Below are positions 1 to 8,177 of a DNA stretch of 33,391 nt, one piece after another. The stretch is taken from the NCBI GenBank assembly GCA_964416245.1, contig CAYQDG010000003.1, forward strand, positions 1-33,391. The letters are read 5' to 3'. How positions within the stretch are numbered: the stretch's first letter is position 1; every line of letters starts with the position of its first letter. This DNA is from Candidatus Woesearchaeota archaeon (GTDB lineage Archaea > Nanobdellota > Nanobdellia > Pacearchaeales > GW2011-AR1). The notes beneath the pieces were generated by a model. It saw only the letters and a program-made list of their open reading frames with translations, had not been told where the DNA came from and searched no databases. A program made the translations under genes and the position numbers.

Positions 1-74
1 TCGGTCGGGGCGTTTTTATTCAACAAAAATCCATTCATAAAAAGATTTATAATATTTATTTTATTGTTTATTAT

Positions 75-410
75 ATGAAGAGGTGGAAAGCTAATTATGT
101 TATTGATGTCCTTTTGATTTTGTGTTTGATTTTTGTTTCTGTTACTGGATTGGTTTTGATGTTTGGATTTACTTCGGGGGAACCAGGGGTTGGTAGAAAT
201 ATTTCTTTTATGGGCACAGGAAAGGGTAGTTGGTTACCTTGGCATAGTATTTTTGGTTTGGGGATGATTATTTTGATGTTTGTTCATTTGATTTTGCATT
301 GGGATTTTATGCGGGATCAATTTAAAGAATTTTTTTCAAAAGAAAATGAAGAACAAGAAAAAGTAAAAAAGAAAGCGGGTGAAATTGATTCTGATGAAAA
401 AGAAAATTGA
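75..410 (+). CDS. Small 2-TM membrane protein, DUF4405-like
   Basis: ATG ORF of 111 aa. TATA-like tttataat at 46-53 sits at -29..-22 from the ATG. Two hydrophobic helices (VIDVLLILCLIFVSVTGLVLMF; IFGLGMIILMFVHLILHW) carry a W-x-H ... H-x3-H-W histidine pattern that I associate with DUF4405. K/E-rich tail. Family call is by eye only. Confidence 0.45.
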   Translation: MKRWKANYVIDVLLILCLIFVSVTGLVLMFGFTSGEPGVGRNISFMGTGKGSWLPWHSIFGLGMIILMFVHLILHWDFMRDQFKEFFSKENEEQEKVKKKAGEIDSDEKEN

Positions 411-657
411 GAAAGGAAAATATTATTTTTTGAAAGTTAATGTTTTTGGAAGGGAAATTGAATATGGAGGGGAAATTGTTTCTTTGGATGAAAGAGAGTT
501 TGGGTTGAGAACCGAGGAAGCTTGTAATTTGAGGTTTAATTTGAAAGATTTAATTTATTTTAAGAAAATTGAGAAACCAAAAAAAGATTTGAAAATTGTT
601 GTTAGGAAAAAAATTGGCAAAGAAGGATTAAAAAAATCTGAGAAACCTAAATTTTAA
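379..657 (+). CDS. Hypothetical small protein (92 aa; alternative start ATG 394)
   Basis: ORF overlaps the 3' end of 75..410 by 32 nt (17 nt from ATG 394), which suggests translational coupling. No motif recognised. Confidence 0.35.
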   Translation: MKLILMKKKIEKGKYYFLKVNVFGREIEYGGEIVSLDEREFGLRTEEACNLRFNLKDLIYFKKIEKPKKDLKIVVRKKIGKEGLKKSEKPKF

Positions 658-663
658 AAAAAA
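656..663 (-). terminator. Oligo-T (T8) archaeal termination signal immediately 3' of a 12-bp hairpin
   Basis: The plus strand reads aaaaaaaa at 656-663, which is TTTTTTTT on the minus strand directly after hairpin 692..665. This is the only T run of 5 or more downstream of the minus-strand stop at 783. Confidence 0.5.
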
Positions 664-731
664 TGAGGGAAGAAACCGAAATTCCTACCCTCAAGCTTAA
701 CCGAAGTCAAGCGTCTAACCGAAGTTAGATA
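656..731 (-). ncRNA. Candidate ~70-75 nt structured RNA: three tandem UUCG-capped hairpins followed by a T8 tract (alternatively the structured 3' UTR/terminator of the glycosyltransferase operon)
   Basis: Minus-strand hairpins lie at 728..715 (CUAAC-UUCG-GUUAG), 711..696 (CUUGAC-UUCG-GUUAAG) and 692..665 (GAGGGUAGGAAU-UUCG-GUUUCUUCCCUC). T8 follows at 663..656. Three plus-strand A.C mismatches become G.U pairs on the minus strand. This is a G+C-rich island in AT-rich DNA with no ATG at the predicted 5' end. Confidence 0.35.
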
Positions 732-751
732 TTTATTATAATAACTTTGAG

Positions 752-759
752 TTTAAATA
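752..759 (-). promoter_or_regulatory. TATA-like box (minus strand tatttaaa) positioned to start transcription near 730
   Basis: The octamer centre is 25.5 nt upstream of position ~730. That is the same spacing seen between TATA and ATG at the protein-gene promoters in this window. Confidence 0.3.
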
Positions 760-782
760 CCTTTGTATTCTGTTTTGATAAT

Positions 783-1883
783 TTATTTTATTATCCCCTT
801 AATTCTTTGTATGTAAGAATCCCAAGTATTTTCTTTTGTTACTTTTTCTTTTGCTTTTTTTATTATTTCTTCGGTTTCATTCTTGTCTGTTTTTAGTTTA
901 ATGTAGGAATTAAAAATTTCTTCTTTATTTTTTGAAGAGCCAATTGAATAAGGGCTTTTACAAGTTATTGTGGGTAATTCAAGGTACATTGCATCTATTA
1001 CTGATTTTGAATATAATTCTTCGGTAACCATTGGTTGAATTAAAACATTTGCAAGATAATAATATTTGTAAAATTCTGTTTTTTCTTCTTCTGTGGTTTT
1101 ATTAATCCATGGTATTGAAATTATATCTTTTATATTTTTTGAATTTTCGATTTTTCTATCGTTTCCCAATAAAATTAGTTTTGAATCTTTGTTGTATTTT
1201 TTTATTTCATCGAATGCTTCAACTAATGGAATAGAACCTTTTTTCTTATAAAAATTTCCGCAGTATAAAATTATGTTTTCAGAATTTATTTTTTCTTTTA
1301 AATCTAAACCTTTCTTTTTTGATTTATTTAAAATATTTTGGTTTTCTAATTCTGAATCAACTACATTTTCAAAAACATGTATGGGTTTTTTTATTTCCAT
1401 TATTTCTAAAACTTTTTTGTGGTTTTTTGAGATTGTGAATAAATAATCTACTTTATTCATTGCATTTAATTGGGATTTTTCTCTTTGATTTAATTTTGTA
1501 TTGAGAATTTCTAAATATTTTTCTTCTGGAAGTTTTTTTTCTAAAAATAATTCTTTTTCTTTTTGACTCATATAAAAATAAGGAATGATTGCATGCAAAT
1601 TATAAATTATTTTTGAAGAAGGATTTTTTGAAATTTTTTCAAGTAATCCTTCATTTTCCCAAGTGTGAGATTGCAAATGAAAGATTGCTTCCCTATTTTC
1701 AATTGTTTTCCAATCAATTTCTTTTTTTGTTTTATTTAAAAAAAGTTCATTTATTTTTGAATTCCACCAATGAGAAAAATAACTTGTTTTGATTTGATTA
1801 TTTTTTAAATTTCTAAATAGTTGCCAAGAATGTTCAAATGCTCCACTGTTTCTCCTTTCAAAACCTAAAATGTTGTGATTCAA
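783..1883 (-). CDS. GT-B fold (GT4-like) glycosyltransferase
   Basis: 366-aa ORF starting at TTG 1 nt after the upstream gene's stop, with no in-frame ATG for ~100 codons. The C-terminal half shows the GT4 pattern: ILYCGNFYKKKGSIPLVEAF, KLILLGN, LIQPMVTEELYSKSVIDAMYLELPTI. Confidence 0.65.
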   Translation of the reverse strand: MNHNILGFERRNSGAFEHSWQLFRNLKNNQIKTSYFSHWWNSKINELFLNKTKKEIDWKTIENREAIFHLQSHTWENEGLLEKISKNPSSKIIYNLHAIIPYFYMSQKEKELFLEKKLPEEKYLEILNTKLNQREKSQLNAMNKVDYLFTISKNHKKVLEIMEIKKPIHVFENVVDSELENQNILNKSKKKGLDLKEKINSENIILYCGNFYKKKGSIPLVEAFDEIKKYNKDSKLILLGNDRKIENSKNIKDIISIPWINKTTEEEKTEFYKYYYLANVLIQPMVTEELYSKSVIDAMYLELPTITCKSPYSIGSSKNKEEIFNSYIKLKTDKNETEEIIKKAKEKVTKENTWDSYIQRIKGIIK

Positions 1884-1884
1884 T

Positions 1885-3114
1885 TTATGCGGCTCTTTTT
1901 TGTTTGTTTAATTTTAAATAACTTGCAAGTTCGTCAGCTATTTTTACATGGTTATAATTTTTTTCTACTGCTTCTTTGTTTTGTTCTAAAACGTTTTTAG
2001 CATAATTTCTTCTTTCATTTATTTGCAATTTATCTATTGTTTCACACATTAATTTTTTATCGGAAAGGATTTGATCTAAATTTTTTATTCTTTTTTTGTA
2101 TATTGGGCCATCCACTAGTATGTCTTCGTCGTACAAATGTCTTAAATCTAGGCCATTTTTGTTAAAATCTGGAATTACATGTTCAATATGTCTGCCTATC
2201 AATGCTGTTTCTGAAATCCATGGTTCTACAAACATGTATCCGAACCCTTCTTTTACGCTTGTTGATAATGCTAAATCTGCTATGTGGTATAAGTTTCCAA
2301 TGTTTAGGTTTTCCCCATCTATTACTTCAGAAATTTCTCCAAGAGTTGAAGGGATTTTGTGTTTTTTTGCTAAAGCTTCCAAGTTTTTTTGATATTGAAT
2401 TTGAAAAAAGTTATTGGGTTCGTTTTTCTTTATACTTGTTGTTACAAGAAGTCGATATTTATCGTCAGTTGATTCATTTAATAATTTTGTAATCATTAAA
2501 GATTCTTCTATGTTTTTTCTATCTACGATTCTATTTGGAACTGCAATTATTTTTTCGTTTGGTAAAACCATACCTAATTTTTCCAAATTTTCTCTTAATT
2601 CATTGTCTTTTTTTTGATTATTTTTATAAAAATTTTCACAAATTACTGAGTTTTTTAAAATATCTACATTTATTCCATATTCTTTTTCTAATTGTTTTTT
2701 TGTGGGTTCAACTAAAGTTGTATGTTTTATGTTTTTTGATAAGGGGTTAACATTTTTTAAATTCAAATCAACATCATGGTGTCTGTAAACTACTTGTCCA
2801 GGGAAATTTTCTACAAATTTTTTGTATTCTTGTGGGGCAATTGGAAATTCTTCTAAATTTCTGAAGGGGTTTTCAATTATGACTGCATCTAAATCTCTTG
2901 TTTTATCCATTAAATTTTTTGCAAATTCTCCATTCATTTTTACATTTCTTTTTTCATATTTGGAGAAAGTTTTTTCTGAATCTCTATCCGAAATAAATAC
3001 TGGTTCTAAATCTGGATAAAGTTCTAAAAGCCCTTCGAGGTTATTGTTTATTACAGTATTTACTCCGCTAGAACTTTCATTCCAAAGATAATGGATTATT
3101 CCGATTTTTGTCAT
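1885..3114 (-). CDS. GT-B fold (GT4-like) glycosyltransferase
   Basis: 409-aa ATG ORF. LALSTSVKEGFGYMFVEPW matches the canonical GT4 EGFG....E sugar-donor motif. First gene of a two-gene GT operon. Confidence 0.7.
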   Translation of the reverse strand: MTKIGIIHYLWNESSSGVNTVINNNLEGLLELYPDLEPVFISDRDSEKTFSKYEKRNVKMNGEFAKNLMDKTRDLDAVIIENPFRNLEEFPIAPQEYKKFVENFPGQVVYRHHDVDLNLKNVNPLSKNIKHTTLVEPTKKQLEKEYGINVDILKNSVICENFYKNNQKKDNELRENLEKLGMVLPNEKIIAVPNRIVDRKNIEESLMITKLLNESTDDKYRLLVTTSIKKNEPNNFFQIQYQKNLEALAKKHKIPSTLGEISEVIDGENLNIGNLYHIADLALSTSVKEGFGYMFVEPWISETALIGRHIEHVIPDFNKNGLDLRHLYDEDILVDGPIYKKRIKNLDQILSDKKLMCETIDKLQINERRNYAKNVLEQNKEAVEKNYNHVKIADELASYLKLNKQKRAA

Positions 3115-3360
3115 TTTTTTATGTTTTTTATAAACTTTTCTTTAATTTTGTTGTCATTTAATTGTTATTGCCGAAAATAGTAACCTGTAATATATAAAGC
3201 TATCGTGATTATTTTTTCGTTACAACTTTATTTTTGGATATATATTAAAAAAATTATACTATTATAGAGCATATAGGTTTATTTTTGGATCTTACAAGAA
3301 ATTTATTTTTTGTTTGATTGTGAGACATGGGTTGAAATTAATTGATATTGGATAAATAAA

Positions 3361-3497
3361 TTGTAAAAGACTTTGTTGAAAATCTTCCATCCATGGCCCC
3401 AGCCAACCAATTGAAACACAGTGTTCCCCAGATAGCTAATTAATTGAATGTTAATTGTTATTATTGCTAGGGACCTTTTCAACAAAGTTGTATAAGA
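3361..3497. repeat. 117-nt element with perfect 12-bp terminal inverted repeats, flanked by 9/10-identical 10-bp direct repeats (MITE-like insertion or stem-closed structured RNA)
   Basis: ctttgttgaaaa (3371-3382) is the exact reverse complement of ttttcaacaaag (3476-3487). The flanks ttgtaaaaga (3361-3370) and ttgtataaga (3488-3497) are direct repeats. The interior is C-rich (ccatccatggccccagccaacc...ttcccca), unlike the surrounding DNA. Confidence 0.3.
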
Positions 3498-3547
3498 ATA
3501 AATTTTTCATCAAAAAGACTATTAAACCTAAAACTCTTTTTTCTTTT

Positions 3548-4414
3548 ATGGTTCAATATACATATTCGTCCCATAGGACGAGACATATAGAAAAAATTAG
3601 AAAGCAAAGGGTCAAATATCCCGAGGTTGCAAAAAACATAGTGAATACTTCTGATATTATTTTGGAAGTTTTGGATGCTAGGTTTGTTGATGAGACTAGA
3701 AATAAAGAATTGGAAAAAGAAGTGGAGAAACAAGAGAAGAAAATAATTTATGTTTTGAATAAATCTGATTTGGTTAAACCTGCAAGATTGAATGAAATAA
3801 AAAAAGAAGTATTTCCTCATGCAATTGTTTCTTGCACAAAAAGAAAAGGTATTAGAAATTTGAGAGATTTGGTTAAAAGGATTGCTGGAACAATTGAAAA
3901 AAAGGAGAGAAGGGAAATTTTGAAAGACAAAGTTGTTGTTGGTGAAGGAAATAAAATTAAAGTTGGAGTTATTGGTTATCCTAATACTGGAAAGAGTTCT
4001 CTTTTGAATATTTTATCTGGGAAAAGTGCTGCAGGTGTTGGGGCGGAAGCGGGTTTTACTAGAAATATACAAAAAATTAGGTTGTCCGAAGATATTGTTT
4101 TAATTGATTCTCCGGGGGTTATTCCGGAAGATCAATATTCTGAAGTGGACAAAGAAAAAATTGCGCATCATACTTTGGCTGGAGGAAAAAGTTGGACACA
4201 AGTTAAAGAACCGGAGATGGTAGTTCATGGTTTGATGAAGAAATACGGAGAGGTTTTGAATAAGTTTTATGGAAGTGATTGCGAGGATTCTGAAGAATTA
4301 ATTGAATTTGTTGGAAGGGAAAGAGGTTTTTTGAAAAAAGGTGGAGAAGTTAATGAAGATCAAGCTGCAAGGGATATTTTAAAGGATTGGCAGGAAGGGG
4401 AAATTAAGGTTTAG
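3548..4414 (+). CDS. Circularly permuted GTPase of the YlqF/RbgA (MMR_HSR1) ribosome-biogenesis family
   Basis: G-motifs occur in permuted order: NKSD (G4), SCTKRKG (G5-like), GYPNTGKSS (G1), FTRN (G2), DSPG (G3). VLDARFVD precedes them. Start moved from 3455 to ATG 3548 (MVQYTY...) because ctattaaa at 3519-3526 sits at -29..-22. Confidence 0.8.
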   Translation: MVQYTYSSHRTRHIEKIRKQRVKYPEVAKNIVNTSDIILEVLDARFVDETRNKELEKEVEKQEKKIIYVLNKSDLVKPARLNEIKKEVFPHAIVSCTKRKGIRNLRDLVKRIAGTIEKKERREILKDKVVVGEGNKIKVGVIGYPNTGKSSLLNILSGKSAAGVGAEAGFTRNIQKIRLSEDIVLIDSPGVIPEDQYSEVDKEKIAHHTLAGGKSWTQVKEPEMVVHGLMKKYGEVLNKFYGSDCEDSEELIEFVGRERGFLKKGGEVNEDQAARDILKDWQEGEIKV

Positions 4415-4426
4415 GCTTTTTTGTTT

Positions 4427-4900
4427 TTAAACAAATAATTTATTTATTCCTACTCCAACAAAATAAGTTATTATGATTACAATTATTGCTATGAATAAGT
4501 GTTCGAATATGTGGTTGATTGGTTTTTGTCCGTTGTTTTTTGATACTAGATAAGTGAAGATTGATAAAAGAATTAATCCCAAAATTACGTTTATTATTAT
4601 TGCTTTGTTTAAATCTGTTAAAATAATTGGTATTATGAAAATTAATGCTGTTAAAAATTTTGTTGAGAATGCAGAAATTGTGCTTCTCATGACATTTTTT
4701 TTAGAGTTTCCTGCTGATTCTTCTGAAATGTGAATTCCAAAAGCGTCTGAAAATGCATCAGCAATTGCGATTGTTATTATTCCTCCTAAAACTGCTAATT
4801 TTGAATGTGTTCCGGAAAACAATCCTGTCATTAAACCTAATGTTGTGATTATTCCTGACGTGATTCCAAAACCTAATCCTCTTTTTACAGATTTTTTCAT
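4427..4900 (-). CDS. VIT1/CCC1-family (iron/manganese transporter-like) membrane protein
   Basis: 157 aa with 4-5 TM segments. GLGFGITSGIITTLGLMTGL and IAIADAFSDAFGIHISEES resemble the VIT-family membrane domain. tataaaag at 4922-4929 gives the -29..-22 TATA. Confidence 0.5.
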   Translation of the reverse strand: MKKSVKRGLGFGITSGIITTLGLMTGLFSGTHSKLAVLGGIITIAIADAFSDAFGIHISEESAGNSKKNVMRSTISAFSTKFLTALIFIIPIILTDLNKAIIINVILGLILLSIFTYLVSKNNGQKPINHIFEHLFIAIIVIIITYFVGVGINKLFV

Positions 4901-4920
4901 GGTTGAGGAAAGGAAGATGA

Positions 4921-6264
4921 TTATAAAAGTTTAACCATATAAGTTTCTTCTAAATCATAACCTAATTTTTTGTAGTATTCTCGGACACCAATTCCACTGA
5001 TAACTTTAATTTTTTTATATTTGTTTTTCAAAGCAATCTTTTCTGATTCTTGGATTAATTGTTTCCCTATTCCTTTGTGTTGGGAAATGAGTCCTTTTTC
5101 TCCTAATTTTAGACTTTGGCCATAAACATGGATTTCCCTTATCATTGCCTCTGCTTTTGAAAGTCTTAGTCTTAGTAACCCGAAGAGGATGTCATTTTTG
5201 TTTACAATTTCCAAAAAATATTCTGTTCCTTCTGAAGCTTTGTATTTTGTTTTTTTTAATTTTAAATCTAAATTTACTTCTCCTCTTTGAAGTGCAAAAC
5301 CAATTTCTCTATATCTAATTTCTTTTAGTTTCGTTTTCTTTTTTCTTAATTCTTTTTCTATTTCATTTCTTAAATCAATTCTTTTTGTTCCTGCAACTAA
5401 ATATTCGGTTGGAATTTCTCTCATTACTCTCATTATTCTTGCATATCTTGGAACTATTTTTATCATTTCTAAGAGAACTTTTTCTGTTTGTTCTTTTGTG
5501 TAGGGTTCGTATTTTCCTTTCCAGTACATTTTTTCTAAAACTGAACCGGGCATAACTTGACAAGGATATAATTTTACTTGGTCGGGTTTGAATTTTGGAT
5601 CTTTGAATATTTTTTTGAATAATTTTAAATCTTTTTTTATTGAACTTCCCGGGAGTCCTGGCATTATGTGATAACCAATTTTGAAACCCGCTTCTTTTAG
5701 TGTTTTTGTTGCCGTTACAACATCTTTTACTTTATGCCCTCTTTTAACTTTTTTGTAGATTTCATCGTCTATTATTTGAACACCCAATTCAACTCTTGTT
5801 ACTCCCCATTCTCGCATTCTACTTATGAATTGCGTACAAACATCTGGACGAGTTTCAATACAAAGTGCGACTGCTCTGTGTCTTCCAGTTTCATTTATCT
5901 TTTGTGCTTCTTTTAGAGTTTTTGATTTTTTTCCATTCAATCCATCATATAATCCTTTCACAAATTCATATTGGAATTCTTTTGGATATTCTAAAAAAGT
6001 TCCTCCCATAATTATTAATTCTATTTTTTCTGTGGGATGATTCATACCCTTGAACGCTTTGATTCTTGCTCTTACTTGCTTGTAGGAATCATAGTCTAGT
6101 GAAGAAGCTCTTAGAACAACTGGACTTTTTGGAGTATAGCTTTGTGGAACATTTAAATTTGGGCAGTAAATGCAACTTCCATGCTTGCATTTTCTTGGAG
6201 GGAGCATAACTGCTACAGGAGTTATTCCTGAAATTGTTTTTGTTGGTTTTTTTATTTTTTTCAT
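4921..6264 (-). CDS. elp3: Elp3-type radical SAM / GNAT tRNA U34 modification enzyme
   Basis: SGITPVAVMLPPRKCKHGSCIYCP is the radical-SAM Cys cluster in Elp3 context. The conserved core includes IMGGTF and ETRPD. The C-terminal GNAT motif is QHKGIGKQLI. At 447 aa it is shorter than the ~540-aa archaeal Elp3 I recall. Confidence 0.9.
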   Translation of the reverse strand: MKKIKKPTKTISGITPVAVMLPPRKCKHGSCIYCPNLNVPQSYTPKSPVVLRASSLDYDSYKQVRARIKAFKGMNHPTEKIELIIMGGTFLEYPKEFQYEFVKGLYDGLNGKKSKTLKEAQKINETGRHRAVALCIETRPDVCTQFISRMREWGVTRVELGVQIIDDEIYKKVKRGHKVKDVVTATKTLKEAGFKIGYHIMPGLPGSSIKKDLKLFKKIFKDPKFKPDQVKLYPCQVMPGSVLEKMYWKGKYEPYTKEQTEKVLLEMIKIVPRYARIMRVMREIPTEYLVAGTKRIDLRNEIEKELRKKKTKLKEIRYREIGFALQRGEVNLDLKLKKTKYKASEGTEYFLEIVNKNDILFGLLRLRLSKAEAMIREIHVYGQSLKLGEKGLISQHKGIGKQLIQESEKIALKNKYKKIKVISGIGVREYYKKLGYDLEETYMVKLL

Positions 6265-6285
6265 AGAAATATTGGGGTTTTTTGT

Positions 6286-6293
6286 TATATAAA
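6286..6293 (-). promoter_or_regulatory. TATA box for elp3 (leaderless spacing)
   Basis: Plus-strand tatataaa. The centre is 25.5 nt from the A of ATG at 6264. Confidence 0.45.
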
Positions 6294-6294
6294 A

Positions 6295-6897
6295 TTATTC
6301 AAATAATATTTTTTCTAAAGATTTTGTATCTCCTATTGGAATAGTATAAGTCGGTTTTAATTTTAGATTTTCTACATTTTTTTCGTTTCCTTTTTCTGTC
6401 CCATTCATATAGATTGTGTCCATTCCGGCTTTTTGACCTGCGAGTATATCTTCCCAAGAGTTTCCAATCATAACACATTTTTTGGGGTTGGCTTTTGTTC
6501 TTTCTATGAATTTATCAATTAAATAAGTTGAAGGTTTATTTATGTATTCAGTTATGTGGCCCTCATCTAGTAAATTATTTCCAGTAAATTTTATTATTTT
6601 TCCATTTAAATATTTTTTTGGAATAAAATGTTTTGAATCTTCAATTATCTTTGAAACTTCTTCTTCCCCACTGAAAAATAAATCTTCTTTGAAATAATCT
6701 AATATTCCATATGCTTTGAAGCAAGTTGTTGGTAATCCATTATCTGTAATTATTGCTTTTTTTTCTTTTGGAATTTTTTTTAGAAGTTCTTTCATTCCGG
6801 GAGCTAATCCATGGTAATGGGTTGTAAATTTATCTAATAGAATAGTATCGTCTTTATCGAATAGATAGAAATCATATTTGAGTTTTTTTTCTCCCAT
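6295..6897 (-). CDS. HAD-superfamily hydrolase/phosphatase
   Basis: Motif I is FDKDDT (DxDxT). The C-terminal motif is IGNSWEDILAGQKAGMDTIY. TATA tttatata lies at 6921-6928. Confidence 0.65.
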   Translation of the reverse strand: MGEKKLKYDFYLFDKDDTILLDKFTTHYHGLAPGMKELLKKIPKEKKAIITDNGLPTTCFKAYGILDYFKEDLFFSGEEEVSKIIEDSKHFIPKKYLNGKIIKFTGNNLLDEGHITEYINKPSTYLIDKFIERTKANPKKCVMIGNSWEDILAGQKAGMDTIYMNGTEKGNEKNVENLKLKPTYTIPIGDTKSLEKILFE

Positions 6898-7004
6898 TCT
6901 CGTATTGTTGGTGTTTATTCTTTATATAATTTTATGTGATTAATTTAATAAAGATGCGACTTTTATTTCATAAACCTTATAACCTTCATTTTATCTTTTA
7001 TTTT

Positions 7005-7613
7005 ATGGAAAATCAGGAAAAAGTTTGGGATAAGATTGCAGGAGAGTGGAATGAATTCAAAAAAATTCCTTCTGAGAATAGTCGTAAGTTTTTAGAAAAT
7101 TGTAGGGGAAATGTTTTGGATTTAGGAGGAGGAAGTGGGAGACATTTAATAAAGATTAAGAGCGGAAAATATTATTTGCAAGATATTTCTTCTGAAATGA
7201 TTAGTTTGGCTGAAAAAAAAGCTAAAGATTTGAAAATTGATTTTGAAGGGATCCATTCTTCTATGGATAAAATTCCGTTTTCTGATGGATTTTTTGATTA
7301 TGCTATTTGTGTTTCTGCTTTGCATTGTGTTAAGGGAGAAGAGGTTAGGAAAAAAGCGATTGAAGAGTTGTTTAGAGTTTTGAAAAAGGGTGCTCGGGCA
7401 TATATTGGAGTTTGGAATGCAAAATCTAAAAGATTTATTCGTAAGACAAGAAAGGGAGAAAAAGAATTAATGATTGGTTGGACAGATAAAGGAGAGAGAT
7501 ATTATTATTTATTTGATGAAGAAGAAGTTCATTCTTTGTTTGAGTCTGTTGGTTTTAAAGTTATTTCAATACATAATAGTGAGATGATGATTAATTTTAT
7601 AGTTCAGAAGTAG
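7005..7613 (+). CDS. Class I SAM-dependent methyltransferase (Methyltransf_11-like)
   Basis: Motif I is VLDLGGGSGRH. Also present are an acidic loop (YLQDIS), DYAICVSALHCV and LKKGARAYI. Start moved from 6936 to ATG 7005 (MENQEKVW) because cttataac at 6976-6983 sits at -29..-22. Confidence 0.75.
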   Translation: MENQEKVWDKIAGEWNEFKKIPSENSRKFLENCRGNVLDLGGGSGRHLIKIKSGKYYLQDISSEMISLAEKKAKDLKIDFEGIHSSMDKIPFSDGFFDYAICVSALHCVKGEEVRKKAIEELFRVLKKGARAYIGVWNAKSKRFIRKTRKGEKELMIGWTDKGERYYYLFDEEEVHSLFESVGFKVISIHNSEMMINFIVQK

Positions 7614-7863
7614 TTTCTTTCTTTTTTAATTGACTTGAAACATAATCAGTGAATTTTTCATAAGCTTCCATTAAATTATTTTTTAATGTTATATATTCAT
7701 GAGAATAATGAATTTTATTTTTTTGTTGCAATTCTTCTATCATTTCTAAATCTTTTTTTATTTCATTGCAAGTTTTGGTTAGAAAAACTCTTGAATCAAA
7801 AGCTAATTGTTTGGGCCTATATCTGTCTTTTTTTACAATTTCTGTTAATTTTGATTTATCCAT
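7597..7863 (-). CDS. Hypothetical 88-aa protein (helical, K/E-rich)
   Basis: ATG ORF. Its start overlaps the stop of 7856..8104 by 8 nt, which suggests coupling. No motif recognised. Confidence 0.4.
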   Translation of the reverse strand: MDKSKLTEIVKKDRYRPKQLAFDSRVFLTKTCNEIKKDLEMIEELQQKNKIHYSHEYITLKNNLMEAYEKFTDYVSSQLKKKETTSEL

Positions 7864-8104
7864 TTTTTCTGTATTTTTTTAATTCTTTATATGCAGATTC
7901 TAGTAGTTCATCATTGGTCATTTCATTTAAAAGTTTTTCGTAGTTTGTTTTTTTTAATTGGAATCCCCCGGTTCTTAGTTCCCAATTAAGACAAGCTTTT
8001 GTTCCGTCGGGCTGTTCTATTAATAAATCTTCATCTAAATTTTGTTCGGATGTTTCTGGATTGTCTAAAAGATATTCTAGTTCACTATTTGAATAGGTTT
8101 TCAT
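7856..8104 (-). CDS. Hypothetical 82-aa acidic protein
   Basis: ATG ORF. Plus-strand tttatatt at 8126-8133 (TATA-like on the minus strand) sits at -29..-22. No motif recognised. Confidence 0.4.
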   Translation of the reverse strand: MKTYSNSELEYLLDNPETSEQNLDEDLLIEQPDGTKACLNWELRTGGFQLKKTNYEKLLNEMTNDELLESAYKELKKYRKNG

Positions 8105-8177
8105 TAGAAAATGAAATAGTTTCCATTTATATTTTTTTGCATGGGAATTTATTTAAAGAATATTTTATTTTTTTATT

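Noticed and set aside
1-20. G+C-rich tcggtcggggcg followed by ttttt at the extreme 5' edge. It could be the T-stem/acceptor 3' strand of a tRNA (acceptor tcggggc plus discriminator g) with an oligo-T terminator.
   Set aside because: Only 12 informative nucleotides are inside the window. No cloverleaf can be tested, so it is not reported as a feature.
2096-3019. Plus-strand ORFs of 65-98 aa antisense to the glycosyltransferase. Analogous shadow ORFs occur at 1589-1792, 3479-3820, 5375-6040, 7686-8184, 10525-10933, 11465-11683, 13191-14510, 14652-15192, 17621-17827, 18482-18706, 18925-19591, 20069-20459, 20833-21021, 21503-21715, 22832-23035, 24405-24611, 26565-27451, 27739-28009, 28390-28593, 29659-30004 and 31529-31756.
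   Set aside because: All lie inside longer ORFs with recognisable protein families or sensible membrane topology. Their translations are F/L/S/I-rich low-complexity strings, typical of the antisense of K/E-rich AT-rich genes.
3303-3485. 60-aa minus-strand ORF in the long intergenic spacer.
   Set aside because: It has a TTG start only, no internal ATG and no correctly spaced TATA. It overlaps the inverted-repeat element, and its composition looks like translated non-coding DNA.
3455-3547. N-terminal extension of the GTPase ORF (MLLLLGTFSTKLYKNK...). The same issue applies to 6936-7004 for the methyltransferase, 25171-25233 for the FlaI-N-like gene and 28966-28977 (TTG) for the STAS-like gene.
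   Set aside because: The extensions are low-complexity and overlap promoters or upstream genes. An internal ATG in each case sits at the conserved -29..-22 TATA spacing or directly after the upstream stop.
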